A DNA stretch of 32,000 nt from the NCBI RefSeq assembly GCF_000011805.1, contig NC_006840.2; one strand, given 5' to 3'. The stretch is from Aliivibrio fischeri ES114 (GTDB taxonomy: Bacteria > Pseudomonadota > Gammaproteobacteria > Enterobacterales > Vibrionaceae). Every line of letters begins with the position of its first letter. The stretch's first letter is position 1. Under the pieces are notes generated by a model. The model searched no databases. It had not been told where the DNA came from and worked only from the letters and a program-made list of their open reading frames with translations. Shown one piece after another: positions 26,322 to 32,000 of this stretch. The position numbers and the translations under genes were made by a program.

Positions 26322-28148
26322 TTATCCGTGTTTCAACGCATCATGTATTTTTTCTGCCAAAGAATGGCTAATGCCTGGCACTTTGGCTATTTCTTCGACA
26401 CTTGCACTTTTTAATTCTTGTAGGCCACCTAAATATTGCAACAATGCTTGTCTTCGTTTTGGACCAACCCCATCAATATTTTGAAGGGTACTCGTTTTTC
26501 TTACTTTAGCACGCTGTGCTCGGTGTCCACCAATAGCATGGTTGTGACTCTCATCACGAATATGCTGTATCAAATGCAAAGCAGGAGAATCACTTGGCAT
26601 TGAAAACTCTTCTCCACTAATTTTCACTAGTGTTTCTAACCCATGTTTACGAGTAACACCTTTTGCGATACCTAGTAATAATGGCTGCTTAGGCCAATCT
26701 TCCCAATGCTTACTGATAACCTCATAAGCTCGATTCAATTGCCCTTTACCACCATCAATAAAAATAATATCAGGGATTTTATCAATATCTAATTGTTTAC
26801 TGTAGCGTCGTTCAAGAACTTGCGCCATAGCAGCATAATCATCACCACCAGTAATTCCTGCTATATTATAACGTCGATACTCTGATTTTACTGGTCCTTC
26901 CTGATTAAAAACAACACACGATGCAACTGTTTTCTCTCCCATGGTATGACTAATATCGAAACATTCCATACGCTGAATAGAAGATAATACTAACGCTTCT
27001 TCTAATTGTTTAAAGCGCTGATACATTGTGAGTTTATGATTTGATTTACTGGTTAAAGCTGTTAATGCATTGGTATCTGCTAATTTTAAATAACGCCCTT
27101 TTATCCCTTTAGGATTTAATTGAAAAATAACTTTTCGCCCAGATAACTCAGTGAGTGCTCTTTCTAAATCTTCACTATTAAATTCAAAACTAGTGACCAC
27201 TCGATTAGGAATCGTTCTACCCTGTGTATGATTTAAGTAGTATTGAGTCAGAAAGCTTAAAAAGACTTCTTCTTTGTCTGTGTTAGCTGGTATCTTCGGG
27301 AAAAAACTGCGACTACCTAAAATCTTCCCTTGGCGAATCATCAATAAGTGAACACACGCCAAGCCATTTTCAATTGCAAACCCTAAAACATCAAGATCAT
27401 CACCACTGTCATCAGAGACATATTGTTGCTCCTGCACTCGTCTCATGGCTTGAATTTGATCTCGAATGATCGCTGCTTTTTCAAAATTCAAGGATTGACT
27501 GGCTGACTCCATTTGTTTGACCAGTGTTTGAATAACTTGCCTATCCTTACCTTGCAAAAACAAGCGAATAAAATCAGTCTGTTCTTTATATTCTTCATCA
27601 CTAACAATCCCTTTAACACAAGGGGCTAAGCAGCGTCCAATTTGGTGCATTAAGCATGGTCTATGACGATTTGCATATACCGAATCTTCGCATTGGCGAA
27701 TAGGGAATAACTTTTGGATGAGGTGAAGACTTTCTCTAACGGCTCCAGAATCAGGATAAGGGCCAAAGTACTCACCTTTTTTACGTTTCACACCACGGTG
27801 GATAGAGATCCTTGGATGCTTATGTTGTGAAATGAAAATATAAGGATACGATTTATCATCTCGAAGAAGCACATTATATTTAGGTAAGTATTGCTTAATA
27901 TAATTGTGTTCAAGGATGAGAGCTTCTGTTTCAGAGTGAGTGACAGTAACGTCAACTTGATGAATATGGCTAACTAACGCCTTAGTTTTTTCCGAAGGTA
28001 CATTACTACGAAAATAACTGGATAAACGTTTTTTTAAGTCTTTTGCTTTACCTACATAAATAACGTCAGCCTCGGCGTTATACATTCGATAAACGCCAGG
28101 CTGATGTGTTACAGATTTTAGGAACGCTTTTGAATCAAAGGAAGGCAC
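26322..28148 (-). CDS. uvrC: Excinuclease ABC subunit C
   Basis: 608 aa, colinear with recalled E. coli UvrC ([30 protein letters not shown] domain, [14 protein letters not shown]-terminal Hh[12 protein letters not shown]). The GTG start overlaps the uvrY stop (TAGTG). Confidence 0.96.
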   Translation of the reverse strand: MPSFDSKAFLKSVTHQPGVYRMYNAEADVIYVGKAKDLKKRLSSYFRSNVPSEKTKALVSHIHQVDVTVTHSETEALILEHNYIKQYLPKYNVLLRDDKSYPYIFISQHKHPRISIHRGVKRKKGEYFGPYPDSGAVRESLHLIQKLFPIRQCEDSVYANRHRPCLMHQIGRCLAPCVKGIVSDEEYKEQTDFIRLFLQGKDRQVIQTLVKQMESASQSLNFEKAAIIRDQIQAMRRVQEQQYVSDDSGDDLDVLGFAIENGLACVHLLMIRQGKILGSRSFFPKIPANTDKEEVFLSFLTQYYLNHTQGRTIPNRVVTSFEFNSEDLERALTELSGRKVIFQLNPKGIKGRYLKLADTNALTALTSKSNHKLTMYQRFKQLEEALVLSSIQRMECFDISHTMGEKTVASCVVFNQEGPVKSEYRRYNIAGITGGDDYAAMAQVLERRYSKQLDIDKIPDIIFIDGGKGQLNRAYEVISKHWEDWPKQPLLLGIAKGVTRKHGLETLVKISGEEFSMPSDSPALHLIQHIRDESHNHAIGGHRAQRAKVRKTSTLQNIDGVGPKRRQALLQYLGGLQELKSASVEEIAKVPGISHSLAEKIHDALKHG

Positions 28149-28792
28149 TACAGCGTCTCAGCATCTAAAATACCATGACGAATAGCTAGATGAGTTAATT
28201 CAACGTCTCCACTTATATTTAACTTACTGAATAAACGGTAACGATAGCTGTTCACTGTTTTAGGGCTTAAATTCAGTTGTTCGGAAATATCCGTCACTTT
28301 TTCGCCTTTAGTGATCATCATCATTATTTGTAGTTCTCGTTCAGAAAGCTCTTTAAATGGATTCTCAGCATCTGGCGTAAATTGACTTAGCGCCATCTGT
28401 TGTGCAATTTCTGGTGATAAGTAGCGTTGACCACTTTGTACCATACGAATCGCATTAACCATTTCGTCAGGACCTGCACCCTTAGTTAAATAACCAGCAG
28501 CACCGGCTTGCATAACTTTAGTCGGAAATGGGTTTTCAGTATGAATAGTCAAAACTATAACTTTCACATCTGGGTTAAATCTTAAAATCTTTTTGGTTGC
28601 TTCTAAGCCACCAATGCCAGGCATGTTCATATCCATAAGAACAATATCTGCCTGCTCTGTTCGACACCATTTAACGGCATCTTCACCGCTGTCAGCTTCC
28701 CCTACTACTTTAATTCCACGGACGTCTTCAAGAATACGTCTAATCCCTGTGCGAACCAGCTCATGATCATCTACAAGGAATACTTTAATCAC
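28148..28792 (-). CDS. uvrY: Two-component response regulator UvrY/GacA/VarA family (REC + LuxR-type HTH)
   Basis: [33 protein letters not shown] and [17 protein letters not shown] are close to recalled E. coli UvrY. I prefer the GTG at 28792 (MIKVFLVDD), which has GGAG 8 nt upstream. The track start at 28801 overlaps that SD. Confidence 0.93.
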   Translation of the reverse strand: MIKVFLVDDHELVRTGIRRILEDVRGIKVVGEADSGEDAVKWCRTEQADIVLMDMNMPGIGGLEATKKILRFNPDVKVIVLTIHTENPFPTKVMQAGAAGYLTKGAGPDEMVNAIRMVQSGQRYLSPEIAQQMALSQFTPDAENPFKELSERELQIMMMITKGEKVTDISEQLNLSPKTVNSYRYRLFSKLNISGDVELTHLAIRHGILDAETL

Positions 28793-28968
28793 AACTGACA
28801 CTCCGATTTAATCTACAGCCACCTCTATGTAGAGGTCTTAACTAACTGTCTATTTTACCTTAAAAAAACAGATAAAAGCATATTGATTATGCGTTAGGCC
28901 GCAAAGTTTTGCTATTAAAAAGCTATTGACTTTGATCCGGTTTCTTCAATATACAATAAAAATAATTC

Positions 28969-31338
28969 TTAAAATAGACCTAATTGAGAGTTAGATAATT
29001 CATTAAAATCTAAACCGATAAAAGGGAGAATTCCATCCGCGATCGGTTTCAATTGTTTCTCTACATAATGGTCATAATCAATCGGATTATTTATATATTC
29101 AACCGGTTCAGGTCCTGCAGTGGTAATGACATACTCTATCCATCCACCATATTGATATTGAGGCCTTTTTCCTATTTGTTGATTCCGATAATCTGCTAAT
29201 CGTGCCGCTTTAACGTGAGGAGGAACGTTCTTTTGATATTCATCCAACTGTCTTCTCAAACGCTTTCTATAAATGAGCTGCTTATCTAACTTGCCCTGCT
29301 TAGTATCATCAACATATTGTCGAACGTATTCTTTTACATCTTGTTGATGAAATACTTTATGGAATAATGTTTTCTGAAATTCTTGTGATAATGGAGTCCA
29401 ATCCGTTCTAACTGTCTCTAATCCTTTAAATACAATTTCTTCCTTACCTTCTTTTTTTACTAAACCAGCATAACGCTTTTTAGACCCAGTTTCTGACCCT
29501 CGAATCGTCGGCATTAAAAACGTTCGATAATGAGTTTCATATTCAATTTCTAATGCTGAATCAATTGCGTATTTTTCAGATAAGTGGGAAATCCACCACT
29601 GATTTATCTTTTCAACCAAAGATGAACCAATAGTGTCAGCTTCTTTCGATGACATTGATTGCCCAAGAGTAACAAACGTAGAGTCAGTATCGCCGTATAT
29701 AACTTCATAACCTTCTGCTTCAATCAACTCACGAGTCATTTTCATAATTTCATGCCCACGCATGGTTATTGAAGAGGCTAATCGATGATCAAAAAAACGA
29801 CAACCTGACGAGCCTAGCACACCATAAAATGAGTTCATTATGATTTTTATTGCTTGAGAAAATGCCTTTTCATTATTTCTTTTTGCTTCATCTCGAGCAG
29901 ACCATAAATTTTCAATTAATTTAGGTAAGAAGTGTTTAGAACGATGAAATCGTCCCCCTCTAAAACCATCAATGGCTTGATTATCTTCTGTACCTACTTC
30001 TTGTTTTAATCCTTCAATCAAGCCTAAAGGATCAATATTAAACGTACGAATAATAGAGGGATAAAGAGATTTAAAATCAAGAACGATAACAGATTGATAT
30101 AAACCTGGCTTAGAGTTCATTACATAGCCACCAGGACTTGCAACCCAATTCTCACTCTCTAAATTAGGTGCAATATACCCTGCTCTGTGAAGCCTTGGTA
30201 AATACAAGTTAGTAAATGCAGCAACTGAACCTCCAACACGATCAAGCTCAACCCCCGTTAATTTCGTTCGCTCAATCAAAAACTCTAAGAGATGAGTATG
30301 TTCAAATATACGAGTAACCAAAATACAATCTTGAAGGTTGTATTTAGCTAAAGAAAGTTTATCTTCTCGATACATTCGATTGATCTCAGACATTTTATCG
30401 CTTTGATCATTAATCGATTTACCTTCTTTCAATAACTCTTGAGCTACTGATTCAAGTGACCAACTAGAGAAATGATAAGTCGCAGTTTTCAGAGCATCAA
30501 TACCGTCTAGCACAACGCGCCCAGGAAAAGATAAAAAACCTTGTTGCCGATTTTTATCGGAATCACGCCAATAAAGCGAACTGTTACCCCGACCAATACG
30601 AAAAGATAATTTGTGCCATTTTGCTCTCTGAATTAATAATCGAAAATCAAAATTAATCACATTCCAGCCAATAATAATGTCTGGATCAAATTGATAAAAC
30701 CAAGACTCTAAAGCAACGAGCAGTGCTTTTTCATTTTCCACCCATTGAATAGACAAATTACTGTCCTGTGAGTCGCCCACCATGATAATACGTGTATCGA
30801 GTTCACTATGTAGAGCGACGGAATATAGAATGCCTTTTTCTGAACACTCAATATCTAATGAAACCATACTAAATTTAGGTGAACGATCCGTCGTTTTGAT
30901 TTTTACATTACGATATTCAATATGGTCTTTTTTTTGTATTGGGTTGCCAATAAATGATAGGCCACCACAAATAAAACGCTCCATTAAATAACGATCAGCT
31001 AAGCGAATATCGCTTTCATATATAGGTAAATGTAATTGTTCAATAAATTGAGTCGCTGCTCGTTTTTGGTAGGTATTTTTAAAATACAAACCGAGCACGG
31101 AATCATGATTAAATGTGGATAATGCCGTCGGTTTTATATGAAAAGGGATATTTTCTTTCTGTAAGCAAGCTTCATACTGAGAGCGCTTATCCTCTAATAT
31201 GAAAGTAACTGCATCTTCATTCTCAATAAGTAAGTGTGCAATATGATCATCACACTTAACCCAGAGGTCGACTAAACTTTGATTATTAATTTCTCTAGTT
31301 TGACGTGTAAGCAAAAAACCCTGTTGAGGTGAATTCAA
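28969..31338 (-). CDS. polB: DNA polymerase II (family B)
   Basis: 789 aa, colinear with recalled E. coli PolB (exo motifs DIE.., IIGWNV..FD; pol motifs DFKSLYPSII, KIIMNSFYGVLG, YGDTDS; C-terminal QLGLF). It has a TTG start at 31338. Confidence 0.96.
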   Translation of the reverse strand: MNSPQQGFLLTRQTREINNQSLVDLWVKCDDHIAHLLIENEDAVTFILEDKRSQYEACLQKENIPFHIKPTALSTFNHDSVLGLYFKNTYQKRAATQFIEQLHLPIYESDIRLADRYLMERFICGGLSFIGNPIQKKDHIEYRNVKIKTTDRSPKFSMVSLDIECSEKGILYSVALHSELDTRIIMVGDSQDSNLSIQWVENEKALLVALESWFYQFDPDIIIGWNVINFDFRLLIQRAKWHKLSFRIGRGNSSLYWRDSDKNRQQGFLSFPGRVVLDGIDALKTATYHFSSWSLESVAQELLKEGKSINDQSDKMSEINRMYREDKLSLAKYNLQDCILVTRIFEHTHLLEFLIERTKLTGVELDRVGGSVAAFTNLYLPRLHRAGYIAPNLESENWVASPGGYVMNSKPGLYQSVIVLDFKSLYPSIIRTFNIDPLGLIEGLKQEVGTEDNQAIDGFRGGRFHRSKHFLPKLIENLWSARDEAKRNNEKAFSQAIKIIMNSFYGVLGSSGCRFFDHRLASSITMRGHEIMKMTRELIEAEGYEVIYGDTDSTFVTLGQSMSSKEADTIGSSLVEKINQWWISHLSEKYAIDSALEIEYETHYRTFLMPTIRGSETGSKKRYAGLVKKEGKEEIVFKGLETVRTDWTPLSQEFQKTLFHKVFHQQDVKEYVRQYVDDTKQGKLDKQLIYRKRLRRQLDEYQKNVPPHVKAARLADYRNQQIGKRPQYQYGGWIEYVITTAGPEPVEYINNPIDYDHYVEKQLKPIADGILPFIGLDFNELSNSQLGLF

Positions 31339-31342
31339 GTTA

Positions 31343-32000
31343 TTAACCTATTTTTCGTTCAATTTTATTAAATTCAGCCACAACCCAATCTCCAAATTCA
31401 TTAAGTAAAGCAAGAACAGAACGCTTTGGAACTTTACGCCCTTTTAATAATAAAACCACGCGTTCTATTTCAGTCTGTTTTTCTGGGTAATATTCCAAAA
31501 ATTTTCGAGCACAAAGTACAGGATGATCGTACCAACCTTTATCTCGATGCATAACTAAAGAGTAGCAACTTCTTAATAACTTTTTGGCGATGGTTTTTTG
31601 TTGCTCCACCTGAACTGCCATATCTTGGCTAGTAGCTATTTTTTTAATATAAACACCTAACCATTCTTCAATATCCATGTTCATATTTTTCGCTATTTCC
31701 CAGCTAGGCTCAAAATCACCAAAACGTTCTGATAGATCATCACCATAGATACAAACACAACAATGTCTCAACCAAAAACCCCAGCTAAAAATCGACTCTA
31801 ATTGCAACGCATCCGCCGCCTCACCAATGTTAAATGTAACACCGGTAATTTGAGGGTATTTAGATTGAAAACGAATTTTAATGGTATTAATTAGCGTTTG
31901 TTCTTTATTGGTCAATGGTGCAGATGTAATAAGGGTAACGTCAAGGTTAGAGCGACCAACAATAGCTTCACGTCTAGCAACGCTGCCATATAAATAAATA
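31343..32000 (-). CDS. Nucleotidyltransferase-fold protein, AadA/ANT(3'')-like with a DUF4111-like helical C-terminal domain; the 5' end lies outside the window
   Basis: The frame is open to the window edge beyond the track's TTG at 31915. The upstream part reads IYLYGSVARREAIVGRSNLDVTLITSAP, which is the GS-x11-[D]hDh minimal NTase motif with Asn at the first acid. The C-terminal part resembles recalled AadA (LRHCCVCIYGDDLSERF vs AREHSVALVGPAAEELF). Confidence 0.7.
   Translation of the reverse strand, partial: IYLYGSVARREAIVGRSNLDVTLITSAPLTNKEQTLINTIKIRFQSKYPQITGVTFNIGEAADALQLESIFSWGFWLRHCCVCIYGDDLSERFGDFEPSWEIAKNMNMDIEEWLGVYIKKIATSQDMAVQVEQQKTIAKKLLRSCYSLVMHRDKGWYDHPVLCARKFLEYYPEKQTEIERVVLLLKGRKVPKRSVLALLNEFGDWVVAEFNKIERKIG

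Noticed and set aside
26293-26484. 63-aa ORF antisense to the uvrC 3' end; also 30782..30991 antisense to polB
   Set aside because: These are shadow ORFs within conserved genes.
28802-28968. SOS-box-like CTGT...ACAG (28856-28881) and a plus-strand promoter-like TTGACT (28926-28931) followed by TATACA/TACAAT between uvrY and polB
   Set aside because: The CTGT/ACAG halves are 18 nt apart, whereas a LexA box needs 8. The plus-strand promoter-like hexamers point into the 3' end of polB, antisense, with no downstream plus-strand gene.
1-32000. CRISPR arrays, IS elements, transposases, integrases, rRNA and toxin-antitoxin pairs
   Set aside because: I saw no regularly spaced direct repeats, and no ORF with transposase, integrase or toxin motifs. 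All long ORFs are accounted for by the annotated genes.

Overview
The window looks like a chromosomal segment from an AT-rich gammaproteobacterium. Gene content and order suggest Vibrionaceae, which is an inference and not a database result. All protein similarities are motif-level comparisons from memory of well-studied homologues; no search was run.

Most of the window is housekeeping. In order it contains:
- ychJ (3' end), an NSS-family Na+ symporter, clsA, folE and moeA-moeB
- a pstSCAB phosphate transporter operon without phoU
- a small OMP gene, yccT, a type IV pilin-like gene and an MCP
- the divergent torS/torT pair, then mgsA, helD, yccS and an ACT-domain protein
- the conserved minus-strand block uvrY-uvrC-pgsA followed by a tRNA operon (Cys-Gly-Leu-Gly)
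- polB, preceded by a nucleotidyltransferase gene that runs off the window

I found no transposase, integrase, CRISPR array or rRNA.

The parts worth a second look are:
1. An orphan, visibly AT-richer gene (10289..11116, minus strand) lies between the pst terminator and the OMP gene. Its product carries an ordered motif set resembling the uracil-DNA-glycosylase superfamily core. It is the best candidate here for an undescribed single-gene DNA-base-excision or defence function.
2. The pilin gene is split by a +1 frame change exactly at an A9 homopolymer, and the two pilin cysteines fall on opposite sides of the break.
3. A 12-bp hairpin sequesters the yccT Shine-Dalgarno sequence.
4. A terminator plus tRNA-Gly module is duplicated, and the distal tRNA copy has decayed.
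5. An AadA/DUF4111-like nucleotidyltransferase has an Asn in place of the first catalytic Asp and sits 4 nt upstream of polB.
6. A TyrR-box-like palindrome overlaps the predicted promoter of the NSS transporter.
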